Translations under genes and position numbers: made by a program
From: Nageia nagi
Lineage: Eukaryota; Plantae; Pinophyta
Assembly: GCA_050084985.1 (NCBI GenBank)
Contig: JBITNC010000001.1
Location: 157,356,001 to 157,420,000 of the forward strand
Reading direction: 5' to 3'
DNA: 64,000 nucleotides
Shown: positions 12,501-25,300 of the stretch, piece by piece
Position numbering within the stretch: the stretch's first letter is position 1
How the letters are laid out: every line of letters starts with the position of its first letter
Notes under the pieces: model-generated
The model's input: the letters and a program-made list of their open reading frames with translations, nothing else
What the model was told of the DNA's origin: nothing
Database searches by the model: none

Positions 12501-14194
12501 CAAGAATTATGGGAGCATATCTTGGAGTTGCATCCTCGAATTGCTGGAGATGGAAGTCTCAATATCCAATCTCCTCCATCACTTCGACATCTTTCGTTAT
12601 TTCTTGAAACATAGAGTGAATTTTTGGTCTGATGCCATCTAAAGTAGCATGCTCTCTTGATGCCCTTTTCGTCTTCTTACCCGCAAGGAGGAGGTGGATC
12701 TATCATTGGTGTTCATGGAAGGCTTAGTCAAGGTTTGAATTCTCCTGTCAATTCTCGATTCAATAGCTAACATTTGGTGCATGTCTTGGGTCTACCTTTC
12801 TTCCCTCTTGTTTTGGTACCTTTCCTTCTCTTCCAGGGGCTCATGTTCATAAGTGATAGGATTCCTGAAGGCCCTCCGATAGAAAACTAGGATCCTCTCA
12901 TCTGTATCGTAGTGTTTTGCTGCCAATTCTTCGCGCAAAGTGGTAATATGTTAATTCATTCTTCATCTCCTTGGCCTCATTCCAACTTGTGCATGTATAC
13001 TTGCCAATAGAGATAGGCAAATTGATGGTAGCGTCTTTCTTTTAGCATACATTCTCATATAGGAACAACAATTGTTTGCCGAACTCCATCAGGATGAGGC
13101 TATTACTTGCGTATGTAGGTAGGAGATAGGGTCTCTCTTCGAATCCATGGACCCTAATTTAAGTATGAGTTGGGTCCTCAGGGAAGAAGTTGGCATGTCC
13201 CCTGATAGCTTCCACAACAGAATTAGATATTCTTTTTACCAATTGTCTCCCTTTTATTTCTTTGTATATTTGGTACTCCCATTTGTCATTGCTAATGGTG
13301 AAGTTTACTCAACGTGCTTCCAACCATCATTTGGGAGAGGCGGGTCCTTACGGGCTTTGTGGGGTTCGTTAGGATATCCATATCTACTTGGGTTGTCCTT
13401 TTGTTTTTATCGTGGAGGAGGAGATAGATGAGGTATGAATTCATATAAAACCTTTTGGAGGACCCAATATGGGCTAGTTGCTGGAGAAGTGCGTTCTTGA
13501 TCACCACACTCCATCTGATCATTTGTCTATTCCTAATTAAAGCAATGAAACCGGTGAATTCCTTCTTGAATTTCAAGTCGTCTTCTTTTTCCAAGAGCCC
13601 AGATAACATATTGATAATTTTGGAGACGGTGGGGTAGAAGTGTTGTCTTTTTGCATTGATGAACGTGTTCCTTGCAAACTCCTTTTCTTTCATTTTCCAT
13701 CCAATCCCTAATGAGGTCTCCATCCCTGTGAGACTTTCGATAGTAGTCTATAGAGTCTTGGTCAGTGTAATCTACTCCATCCTTACTCCATTTGAAGGCT
13801 TCCTCAATGCCCTTGGGAGAAAAATCAAGGATTTTATTGCCATTGATATTATAGAGGAGTTTATCCTTGGAGTTTTAGTACCTCCCTACTTCACAACATA
13901 GCTTAGGAAAAGGTATTGCAAATGGGAACATGGTGGTGGTGACCAGACCAGATTTGCAAATAATGTCATCGAGCATCTAGGTTTTGCTTCACCTGGCTAT
14001 GGATTGCAACGTATTGTTTGGATCTGTGTGTGACAAGTAGGTGTCTTGGATATTGGCAAGGTTATTTTTGAACGTCGCTTGTTTCAGGGAATCCTCAAGA
14101 TTTTCCTTGGTGAATTCTATCAAACTCAGCCAGGACAATCTAGCTTTTAGCTAGAGCTCTCTAGTTTTTCTAGAGTTTTGAATTAATCTGACAT
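9505..14194 (-). pseudogene. H1 ORF, ~1,160 codons after removing nested LTR 10095-11290; unknown protein (globular N-terminal domain, acidic/Ser-rich linker, coiled coil, conserved C-terminal domain)
   Basis: ATG at 14194-14192, stop at 9505; ORF-track pieces 13292-13723, 12019-12474, 11230-11517 and 9505-9942 match the H2 ORF; several stops and frameshifts. Confidence 0.8.
10095..11290 (+). mobile_element. Solo LTR (family I), 1,196 bp, nested in H1 ORF
   Basis: tgtaatatccc start; TSD gtcta/gtcca; TATA tataaaagg ~10580; homologous to 32006-33296. Confidence 0.85.
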
Positions 14195-14241
14195 GTTGAA
14201 CCTGTAGAAATGAGACACCTGCAAAACAAAAGTAGTTAGTG

Positions 14242-15412
14242 TGTAAAATCTCCAATATAATGTCAAGTGCAAATCATCCAAATAATTATGAAATAATAAA
14301 AAACTACACCCTTAAATAAGCCATGTCTGGACTAGGGCAGCAAACACACGCAAAAACAAGCTAGAAATGCTAACGATCCCCTTAACAAGCAAGAATATCA
14401 CTCAAATGCCCAACGTCATGCACAATGAGATAAGATTGCATCAAATGTACACAATTATGAGATAAGAATGAGATCCAAGTATGCGACAACTTCAATTAGC
14501 AAGATAATGATGAGTACAATACTGTACTAGCCCAAGAGGGCTCAATGTTGGCCTCCAATGAGCCAACTAGGGCATATGAATATGTAAATATGATCACTGC
14601 TGGAATAATGGATGGAACAGCTACACTCCCTCAAGATCTGAATCCTCTCCTCTGAAGGAACTCTCTCCAAACCCTAGAAACTAACTGAATGGTAGGACTG
14701 CAACCTCAGAGTACCATCGGTTGGATTAAGATGCTACTCCTTAAGCGTAGATTAGCAAGATCCCTTAGCCTGCTAACCCTCCTTGATGCTGCACCAAAGG
14801 GAAGATTGCTTGGCGCTGTGTCCAAGACTTATGTCCACTGGATGGTAGGAGAAATAATATCAAATTCAATATATCCATGCAATGATGCTCCAACGCCTAA
14901 TATAACTCAAGTGTGGATCTAGATTATCACTTCGGAATAATCCATGCCTCCCCTATCCAATGTTAGCCTCCTAGAGGTCCTCAAATGCCTCAAACATGTC
15001 ATAAATGCCCATGTGTGGGGTTTGGAGCCTTCCTAAGGTGTGACATGGGCCTCCAAGGGTGATGGCATGCCTCCAAGTCCAACATTGGGGTCCTTGAAGT
15101 CCCCTCATGTCATGCGTCGGGTTTCTAGGAGTCATACATGTGTCTAGATCCTATTTTCATGTCCATACAAGTCCTCGGGATTCCCACAATCAATTCTTGG
15201 GATCTACAAGTACATAAAAGAACATTAAATTATGCTAGCCTACGCTTGGGAGGAAGACATCCCACTTGGGGTCCACAGTGGGGTCCAATGGACCATTATT
15301 ATTTCTATCCCAAGTAGTAACAACAAATACATGAATAAATAAATAAATATTTACTTGGGAGGAATCCTTATGATTCCACATTTAATTATCTTTTACAAGA
15401 GAGGATGTGACA
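14242..15412 (-). mobile_element. Probable solo LTR, ~1.17 kb, nested in H1 leader
   Basis: tgtaaaatc...gatgtgaca termini; U5-side like 22399-23365, U3-side like family I; TSD only 3/5 (tagtg/taatt). Confidence 0.7.
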
Positions 15413-16091
15413 TAATTTGTAAGATTTGACTGGCAAATGCAATGTGGTGATGCAGTGAGGCAATGACTGGACAAGTGAGTGGGACTCATTGACTCTGCTA
15501 GGGTGATGCAAGATGATGTGTCCTTTCCTGAATGATGGGTAAGGTGGGGCCAAAGATGCTTGGCGAACCTGTATGCCTTACACCTTCAATTTAACCTATT
15601 TACTTCAGCACACCTTGAGTGGTGTATTAATAGACAATGTTTGAGACACTAATTTAATTGAAAGGGTGTTCGGCCCCCCCTTTGTCCTTTATGTAAAATT
15701 TTGAATCATGTGCCCTTGATCTTAAATAAAATAGAAATTCCAAAGCTTTTCTTGGCACTTGGTGGGGCCCAATTGATGTGTGAAAACTTAAATAGCGTAC
15801 AAGTGCCTTGGTTACACCAAAATTAGATGTCACCTTTATGTCTCGAAGGGGTCATGCGACTATGGATAAATGCAAAATGGAGGGTGGATGATGGATTTAT
15901 AAGACACGACAAAGGCTTATATGAGACATGGCAAGATGGAATAAAGACAAGTGTTATTATCATGCAAAGAACTAGACATTTGTTGGGTCTCTTGATGAAA
16001 AGCAGTTAGGATTGTATCTTTATAGGGATATGCGACCAAGTGTGGTGACAAGGACTCAACTTAAGTTTGGCTTAGAGTCTCCTATTGGTGT

Positions 16092-17253
16092 TGTAATCTC
16101 CCAAAATATTTTAATTTATGTTTTTTTGTGTTTGTGTGCTTCTAAGGGGTGGGTTAGTGTGTTTTGAAAAGTTTTATTATTAGTATAAGTGTTTAGAGAG
16201 TTGGTTATGTATTTAGAATAGTTTTAAGATGAAAAAATGTATTAATTAATGTCATTGACTTGGTACACATTTTTAGCTTGATGATTGGGATGATAAGACA
16301 ATATTAAATGTCTCTAGTATTTGTAACTACCATTTTGGCAAACGTAATTGTTATGAGGTCAAAGTTTAAGGTATTATTTAATGTTTTTGTAACTGCCATA
16401 TGAGAGGATTTGTAACTGTTATAAGGCAAACTTTTGTAACTGTCAAGAGGCTTAAATTAAGATTTCCAAGACTATTTAAGAGGAATAGTTGGTCATTTGG
16501 AGGTGGTGAATTTGGAAGAGCTTTGCTCTTTTGGACTCTTGCATTCTGTTGGAGTTTTTTGGGATTCCCAATGGAGATCAATTCAATGGAGGCTTGAAGG
16601 ATCAGATCCTAGAGCTATCTACCCAATTGGATTTGACCAATCCACATCAGGGTTGGTGATTTGGGCTTGATTTGAGGAGCATCATTGAAGCTGAAGTGTA
16701 GATCTGCCTATTGGAGGGCAAGTTAGAAGTTTCTGAGTAGAGATCAAGCCTTTTGAGGCTATTGGAGTAAGATGTCAGCCTTGAGAGGACTATTTTGTAG
16801 GTTGTAAGGGCCAAAACTGTCAAGGGAGCCATGTTCATGCTTATCTTTGGTGAAGACAATCTAGTGTTGGCACAATTTTGGGCATATCAGCCTTTGTTTA
16901 GTAGGATAGAGGCTTGAGGGTGTTATTTGCTGAGATAATCGACTGAGGACAACTCTGAGAAGTCTGTCGAGTAGTGGTCTAGCTTGGAGACCATAATACA
17001 ACTGTTTTTCCAGTTCTTGTGGGGTTTGTTTTGAGTTTTGAAGGTGTTACAGCTGTTTGAACAGCACTTCGAGGTGTGTTTGGTGATCTGTAGTTGTCTT
17101 GCTTACATACAATTGTAACACAATTGTCTCTGTTACCTATAATTTGCTGTAGTTGCAAGCTTTCTTTATTGAAATGACAAAATATATAAGAAATCAGATT
17201 TTTCCCTGTGGAATTATTATTGTTTTGTGTGCATTTGTATTTGGTGTGTTTCA
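16092..17253 (+). mobile_element. LTR-like insertion in H1 (right end approximate)
   Basis: Starts tgtaatctccc; TATA-like ctatttaagagg ~16471; T-rich U5-like tail; interrupts H-type sequence; no TSD confirmed. Confidence 0.45.
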
Positions 17254-17299
17254 TTGGGCGCAAGATCCCTTGGTGTTTGCAAAAATGTCCCTCAAAAAC

Positions 17300-18500
17300 C
17301 ATGTGACCAATCTTGGAGAAAAATGATCAATATGAAATGGGGCTAAGTGCAAGTGCATTTATAGCTTTGAGGAGGACATATGTAATGACAATACATGTTT
17401 AGATGGTGGCTAGAGGACATGTGTCATTCCTTTCCGTGCATGGGTCTTTCTAGCCTGGTCGCACCATTTCCTAGAGATGAAATAGTGACTTTGGTGAACT
17501 ATGCGACCAACCTTAAGGGGAGTGACTGCTTGCAATAGTGAATGCTAAGGCCCACCCTTTTATAACTTGATAGATTGATTAGTGGCATTGCTTGCCTGGA
17601 TGGAAGGGAGGCCTTAAGCAAGTGTTATATTTTCCTTATGCAAATGCAAAACAATGGTGGTCGCTCATCTTCTTATCTTTACAAATGTATCTTTCTTGAA
17701 AGAATCAACCAAGGATGGGGAGAGTCTGTGTCCCACACTTAGGTGAAAATAGGCCTCGAATGGTGGTCGCACCCCTTGAAAATGATGCAATAGTAACCTC
17801 CTTGGAGTAAGTGACCAGCCTAAATGCATTTAAAAGTTTATACTTAGTCAATTTTTTCTCAAGATGGGCCTTGAATGGGGGTGTTCGCACCTTTTTGAAA
17901 TAGTTACATAAGTATCTTTTGGGAGAGGTGTGACCAGCCTTAGAAGTGTTGTGCTTGGCTAATTTGCCAATTAAAATACCAAGAGGGGGCAAGCCACCTT
18001 TCTCAAATTTTAGAATTGTATCTTTCATGTGATATGCGACCTGTCCTTAGAATGAGGAAAGATCCATACTTAACTAAATTTTAGCTCAAATTGACCAAAT
18101 AGGTGGTCGTAGCTACAAAAAGTGTGACCAAAGTATCTTTCTAGATGCATGCGACCATGAAAAGGGAGGATTATTGCTCTTGCACTTAATCAAATTTATC
18201 TCCAAAACTGTCCAATTTGCTAGCTACACCTTTTGGGGAAGTTAGGAAGGTATTGTTTTGTCAGCATCCGACCACTTGTGAAAGCCATAGACTTAATCAT
18301 TTGAAGAAATGAGGCCTATTTATAACCATTTCGTTGCTAGTTGTCTTCCATGCAAGTGTCCCAATTATGCCATGTGGAGCCCAAACATAGAGTGGAGCAA
18401 CGGCCTTAATACCCGGTCTTGACACTAACTTCTCCCTTTGGTTGCACCATATAGAAATGTTAAGAATGTAACTTATTGGGAGCATGCAACCAACTTGAAG
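17300..18500. repeat. Degenerate ~115-120-bp tandem array with TGGTCGCA-N38-TGCGACCA inverted motif pairs (H1)
   Basis: Pairs at 17456/17502, 17764/17810, 18104/18150, each with a 38-nt spacer. Confidence 0.8.
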
Positions 18501-18559
18501 AGACTAGGGGCTTGGCTATAAAATCCCAAAATTTCTCCAAAGCAGGGATTAGCCAAATA

Positions 18560-19290
18560 GAATTAACAAATATCAAATTATTCTTCTAGGCATGCAATGA
18601 ACTGATCTAGAGCATCGAACATTCAAGAAAATAGGCCACAAGGCTCAACATCTCACTTCTCAAGCTAGAATACACCAGAATGAGCGATCATTGCACTAGG
18701 GCATCTGCTTATCATGCAAAATACACCATAAACAAACCTAACAACATGACATCACACTCAAGGAAGCAAGATATCATCAAACACATGTTAGTATGAGGCA
18801 ATAATGGAAGATCAAATGCACCGATGCTTAATTAATGGAGACATGATGAGTACAAAGCAATACTAGGCCCAACATCACACTCAAGGAAGCAAGATATCAT
18901 CAAACACATGGTAGTATGAGGCAATAATGGGAGATCAAATGCACCGATGCTTAATTAATGGAGACATGATGAGTACAAAGCAATACTAGGCCCAAAAGGG
19001 CTCAATGTTGGCCTTCAAGGAGCCAACTAGGTCATATCAATGTGCAAATCTGATCTCTTAAGAGGATATGCTGCAGAACAATCACACTCTCCCAGATCAC
19101 TGACGGGCTTCCTCACATGCTAGCTCCCGACAAAGGGAACAAGTGCAATTCTGGAATGCCATTGGATGGATTCAAAGATGATTACATCTTATGGACGCCT
19201 CAAAGAAGGGCAACCTCACAACACGAACAATCACCTCAACCGCTAATCAAAATGTGTTCCAAGCCTCTTGGACTCTCCCTGGTCTACGTC
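18560..19290 (-). mobile_element. Truncated LTR fragment (R/U5 similar to families I/D) containing a 123-bp tandem duplication (18749-18871, 18872-18994)
   Basis: gggctcaatgttggcc...gagccaactagg shared with ~14540-14570; duplicated units differ at 2 positions. Confidence 0.65.
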
Positions 19291-20434
19291 ATTGGTTTTG
19301 GTGATACTCTACAGCCAGTATTGGTTTGGAAAGTCTTTATTGGCAGCCGATTATTAATATTCTTTAGCAGTATATTGTACGGCCAGCTTGAAAGATTATG
19401 TGGTACAGATCTGATAATTTGTGAGTTGATCTATTTGATGTAAATGTCTTATTTGGAGATCTAATACAAATCAAAATTTATTGGCCACATTTGTTATATC
19501 TATTGTGATTTTGCAAATTTATGCAAAGATTGATTAGATCAGAATTTTATTTCAGTATTTGAAAATTTTGTTATGCAAAAATTTCAATATTTTGTTAGGG
19601 TTTGGTAAAATTATAGAATAGGGACGTGTCAACATTTTCATCATTTTATGCCACATGCTGGATTGTTATCTCTTTTATATTGTGGAGTAATATGCTTCCT
19701 TTCTCTACAGATCTTCTACGGTCGAAAACCTGTAGAAGAATTTATTCAGGGATGAAAACCTCTGGATCTAGAGAGTTAGGAAGAAAATCCTCACTCTCCA
19801 TTTGAGGCAAACCTACCTAGGGTTTCCATTTGAACTTCATTCAATTTAATTGTGGAGCATTCCGTGTGTACTCAACTAGCTAGGGCATCATTGTACCATT
19901 TTAAGAGATCATATTGTTAATCAACATTAGAGTGCTTCTACATGACATTTTTGGATCCCTAGCATTAGATCTAGTATACTAAGTGGAACATCTTGCCTTA
20001 AGAGGCATTTTCCAGCATTTGGATTCATTTTGAAGCTTTGAGCAGGGTCGATCAGCTTGAGAGAAGAAAAGTGATGTTTTTAAGATTTCAAATCATTTTA
20101 ATCTGTTGAAGGCAGTGTTTACACAGTTTGAAGGCTAATCTAGAAATCTATATCATCATTGTATGTTACTGCATCATTAATGTGTGATCTACAACAGGTG
20201 TGATTCATTCTAGTGTTTTTCTTGCCATTACCAGTGTAATTTACTTTGATCTATCAGATCTAGTAAAAAACAATTAGGTTTGCAGATTTATCATTTTTGG
20301 AACTGTCAATTTTACGTGATCTAGTTCTTAGAGTTAGTGAATATCGTGATCTATATGAGATTAAATAAAAATCAGTAAACTTTTTGTGTTTTGAGTAAGA
20401 TTTGCAACTAGGGTTTGAAATTCCCAATTTTGGT
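19290..20434 (+). mobile_element. Probable LTR fragment whose terminal bases (ttgggacattaca) lie at 21782-21794 after the nested F LTR (left bound approximate)
   Basis: Reconstructed end ...ttcccaattttgggacattaca; F insertion flanked by ttggt/ttggg. Confidence 0.4.
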
Positions 20435-21781
20435 TGTGATGATCTAAAATCAGCGGATCATGCTCAAACATGCCCTAGGAGAGGGATGTTTGCCAACAAG
20501 CACCAAAACTGTCCGAACAAGCTCAAAATTGCGCCAAGTATCCAACGTCTAGCTAATTATGGTTAATTCGTAGTATTAAACCAGAAATTCTCAGAAATAC
20601 CTAACGTTGCAATTATGGAGTAGAAACAAGAATTTTAGAAATGAAATGATCACTCCAACCCAACGTCCAACACAAGAGATCAATTACAACAAAATGTAGA
20701 CAAAAATGTAATTGTATTGATATAATAAGAGAATAGTGCAATTACATAAATATATTTTGACCTAAGGAGCTTGCACCTTGACTTCCTCCAATATGGCTAT
20801 TTTGGATGGCTCCAGGGCCTTACCAATCGTAGCGGCGGTAAGACGCTGTCTAGGACTTCCCTACAACTTTTGTGATGGAATTGACAATGTTCCTCTCAAG
20901 AATGCTAGAGTAAGCTTGAGGCTAGCTTCCTATCACCTCAAGATCTCGAATGCAGGTTTCCCTACAAATGGGGAAGATAGAGTTCTCACACTGAATCTGA
21001 TAAAAGGGGTTTATAATCAATAATCAACATATTTTGGAATGTCCAAAAATCCTCTTTTTATAGGCGATGTAGTCTCTCTTCTAATCTTGCATTGAGATGA
21101 TCCAACGGTGGAGAGATGTGATTCGTGTGCTCATGTTGACATCATCCAAGGCGTGGAGCCTTGTGATGGGTGAGATCACATCCAACGGCCTAGAAATGCA
21201 ATGTCCAAGTAGGGGTGTTGCGATGTGCCTTGAGATCAATGCCATGGGTCCAAATACCCAAGAGGGGTGACGTGGGGCCTTGGGATGCCAAATCCTCCAA
21301 CCTGGGGTGAATTTGTCCGTAGATGCCCAACATCCACTTGTGGGAGCCATCGAATACCTTGGGATGCCAAATTCCTCTTTTGTAGTGCATGGTCCAAGCT
21401 GGGAGCTCTTCTAGATTCCTCGTAGTTTGTGTTATTACATTGGGGATGCTCTACCTCGATGAGTGGAGCACTAATGACAAGAGGGCCATGTAAATGCTGA
21501 TATTACATTTGTCAAGGCTAGAAATATGCAATGCCTCATTTAGGGAGATTAATATTGCATTTACAAATATAATTGTTTCGTATCATCAATACATCATCAT
21601 TGGCATTTTAGGCGTTTAACTAAATACAATAAATAAATAAAAAGGCCCATTGTTCCATAATTAGAGCATTTAACTAAGTCTCTAAGTAGAACTTACAATA
21701 ATTTGCCAAAAATTACTAAATAGACAAAATCACACCCAAGCAAATGTTCCCATTTATCAGAGGTGAAATGGGGACATTACA
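20435..21781 (-). mobile_element. Solo LTR (family F), ~1.35 kb
   Basis: tgtgatg...cattaca termini; TSD ttggt/ttggg (4/5); homologous to 25921-27283 and 48947-50105. Confidence 0.8.
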
Positions 21782-22398
21782 TTGGGACATTACAGAGCTA
21801 GTGGGGTGTAGCCCTCACTAGATCTTGGCTAAGGAAGGAAACCCTTAGTTAGACCAACTTTACAGCTTATATCCGGGGGTTGAAAGTCCTAGCAATGAGA
21901 GTCAATATTTGAGGAGATTGTGCCTTAGATCCGGTCTAGTGAGCCAGACGTCAGCCTCCTTGGGTCCATTTGGTTATATCTTGTTCCATCATTGTTCAAT
22001 ATTGAGACGTTGGCATTATTTCTCCTATTTGGCTTGTGCATTGCATATTTTGTGGTATGAATGTTTGATCTTGTTCATTTTCACATTTGTTGCTTAATCG
22101 GCTAATAATTTTGGATCGAAGAATAGTTTGTCAAGATAATTAATTGTGGAATCCTAAGGATTCCCTTTTGTAAATAAATAATTATTTGAGGATAGAGTTC
22201 ACCACAGGCCTTGGAGAGCTGATTTAATTTGTTCATAGGATAGGGCATCTCGTGGGAAACATTTTGATAGGTTACACAACATGGTTTCATCAGGAAACAA
22301 AAGAGTTATGGCCTCTTGAAGTTTGCAAGGTGGACCAATCTTCCATATCGCAGCCGCTCACAAAAATCCAAAAAAATCTCCATATTGACCCCTTGAAA

Positions 22399-25300
22399 TG
22401 TGACGTCCCACTCCTTGGGATATGAGTTAGTTATAGATTGTATTTAGGTGTGAGCTTGATAATTAAGAGTAAATTTAGTATGTTTTATGTGCGCCACTTG
22501 TATGAGTTGTAATACACGATTCCAAGACAATTAATGATTGTAAATGCAATATTAGTCTGCAATAATGAGGTGTTTCATATCTAGCCATTGGATCTTGTAA
22601 TTATTGACATCCCTAGGTAGCGTTGGCATGTGTATGATAGCTAGGACACATCTAACTCCACGTTTCGGCATTTGAGGGCGTTTAGGAGGCTAGCTTTGGA
22701 CTTGGAGGTTGGAGTGATGATTTCTAGGTGATATCTTGATCCAGGGATTGTTATATAAAGGAAATTCACATCATTGTATGGATATACCTGATTTTGTTAT
22801 TTCTCCTACCGTCCATTGGATACAAGACTTGGGACAACGTCAAGCAATCTCCTTAGGTGCAACAACTAGGAGGGTTAGTAGGCTGATGGATCTTGCTAAT
22901 CTATGACTAAGGTGTAGTATCTTAGTCCATCTGGTGGTATTCTGATGTCACACTTCTACCTTCAATGGTTTCTAGCCGTGGGAGTTCTGCAATAGAGCCT
23001 CTAGGCTTGAGGGAGTGAGGCTATCGCATGCATTGTTGTGGTATCAACAGTGATCACATATGTATGTTTGTTGTTCCCTAGTTGTCTCCTTGGCGGCCAA
23101 CGTTGAGCCTTGTGGGCCTGGTATTGTATCATTTGCCATTCTTCATCATTAATACAGCTGTGGGCATATTGGATCTTAGCATTTGTCTTGTATTTGATGT
23201 GTATGCTTCCTTATTCGCAACGTTGAGGTGTATTTATGCTTGTATGTGCAAGATGTTGGCATTGAGGGTTTGTTTATGCTTGAATTTGAGGCTCTACGCC
23301 AGACGTGGGTACATATTTGCTTGTTTTTTATTATTTGTACTTGAGATTGTGATTGGGATCTTACAATGGTGTCAAAGCTTAGATCTGGTTAGCCAGTGTG
23401 GTTAAGATCTAGCTTGAAACAAATTGAATTGGTGGATCAGGATGTTTTGCACTTAAAAAGGTAGATTCTGGGTAAAAATGACATTTTTTTGGAAAATTTT
23501 GAGTTTCTAGACTAAGTAGTCTAGGGTTTAGGGAATGCATTTTTAGATTTGAAGGCCATTTCCAGGTAGAAAAAGTTTTGATGTATTATCTTGGGTAGTT
23601 AGAAAAATTTAATATGAAGATTTAAGCTTTCGTGCTAGGGTTTTTTAAAGTTCGGCCAGATCTACAATCAAGGTAAAGAAATCAGATTTTGGAAAGAAGA
23701 TGTTTCAGAGAATGCTCCATCAATTTGAGGAAAGAAAAATTCCTCAAGAAGAAAGGGAGATGCTCTTATGATACTTGGGTGAAAGGCATGAAAAATGGAT
23801 GCGGAAGAAGAGAGAAGAGACGTGGGAATCTAGATCTCTTCTAGAACATAGAACACCACCAAGAATTGAAGTGTTGCTCCAATTCTACCAAGGGACCTCC
23901 AAAGAGTTCCAGAGAGACATCAATTTTCAGCTATACCAAGATCTTTTGGGGTATGGAATCGTTTAGTGGGAGAAAGCAAAATATGACGTTGAGGGGGAGG
24001 AGGTTAAAACCCCCCAACGGCTAGACTCAAACCTCCCTTGTGCTTTAAGGAGGAGATTGCACCTTTTGATGTAAAGAAGAAGGTGGAGTTCAGGATTCAA
24101 AACATAGAGCATCAAGTGCATAAAGAGGAGACCTGGATCAGCCACAAAAGGTATGAAAGTAATTCTGATTTTTATGACAGTAATTCATAAATTTTGCATG
24201 GTGTTGTTGAAAGTAATAATCTCGCTTTGCTTCTTGCTCATTTAAAGTTGTACTTGAGGCATTCTTGTTGTGAACCTCCTTAACTTGATAGCTACATAAA
24301 GATTCCCGTCAAATACGGATCCTGGATCTTCTAAACGTTGCAATATTGGCAGATTGTCGTCATTTGCACTGAATCTCTGAGTTTCTTCCATTCTCACCCT
24401 TTTTTTTTATTATTTTTTCTTTCTTTTTAACAAACCCTTGTAATTTTCGTTGACGCAAGCCCTGAATAGGTCTGTATAAACTTGTGAGTTAAAATTCCCA
24501 TGACCTGCTCTATTGAGCTGATCAACCTACTATTTTATATTGTCCAGAGGCACGATAGAGCTCTACTAATTCCACGAAGCCAAGTAGCTTCGTAGGGTAG
24601 TCAGTTCCTTAGTGCGGAGATAGGTAATGCTATTTCACCCTATATGTTGGTAAGGTCTCTTTCTCTTGCTAAGCTTGCCTCCGTTGTGGTCTTGCAAGGT
24701 AGGAAATAAATCAACACCAACATAATACACGATTCCAAGGTAATTAATAATTGTAAATGCAATATTAGTCTCCAATAATGAGGCGTTGCATATCTAACCA
24801 TTGGGTCTTGTAATTATTGACATCCCTAGGTAGTGTTGGCATGTGTATGATACCTAGGACACATCTAACTGCACATTTAAGCATTTGAGGGTCTCTTGGA
24901 GGCTAACGTTGGACTTAGAGGTTGGAGTGATGATTTCTAGGTGAGATCTTGATCTAGGGATTGTTATATAAAGGAAATTCACATCATTGCATGGGTATAT
25001 CTGATTATTATTATTTCTCCTACTTTCTAGTGGACACAAGACTTGACACAGCGTCAAGGAATCTCTTCCTAGGTGTAGCATCTAGGAGGGTTAGTAGGCT
25101 GAGGGATCTTGCTAATCTATAACTAAGGTGTAGCATCTTAGTCCATCCGGTGGAATTCCGAGGTCACAATTCAACCTTCAATGTTTTTTAGGCGTGGGAG
25201 TTCTACAATAGAGCATCCATGCTTGAGGTAGTGAGGTTGTTGCATCCATTGTTCCGTTGTACCACCAATGATCACATTTTTATGTTCATTGTGCCCTACT

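Larger units (their letters stand above)
8396..18560 (-). mobile_element. Element H copy 1: LTR-like element with long internal ORF, right end lost; carries three nested LTR insertions (approximate right bound)
   Basis: Left terminus tattgatgtg (cf. tgttgacttg in H2); collinear homology with H2 across the U5-like end, the ORF and the TGGTCGCA/TGCGACCA array. Confidence 0.8.

Noticed and set aside
17300-18500. Regularly spaced motifs as a CRISPR-like array
   Set aside because: Eukaryotic intron context, intervening sequences are homologous to each other, no cas genes
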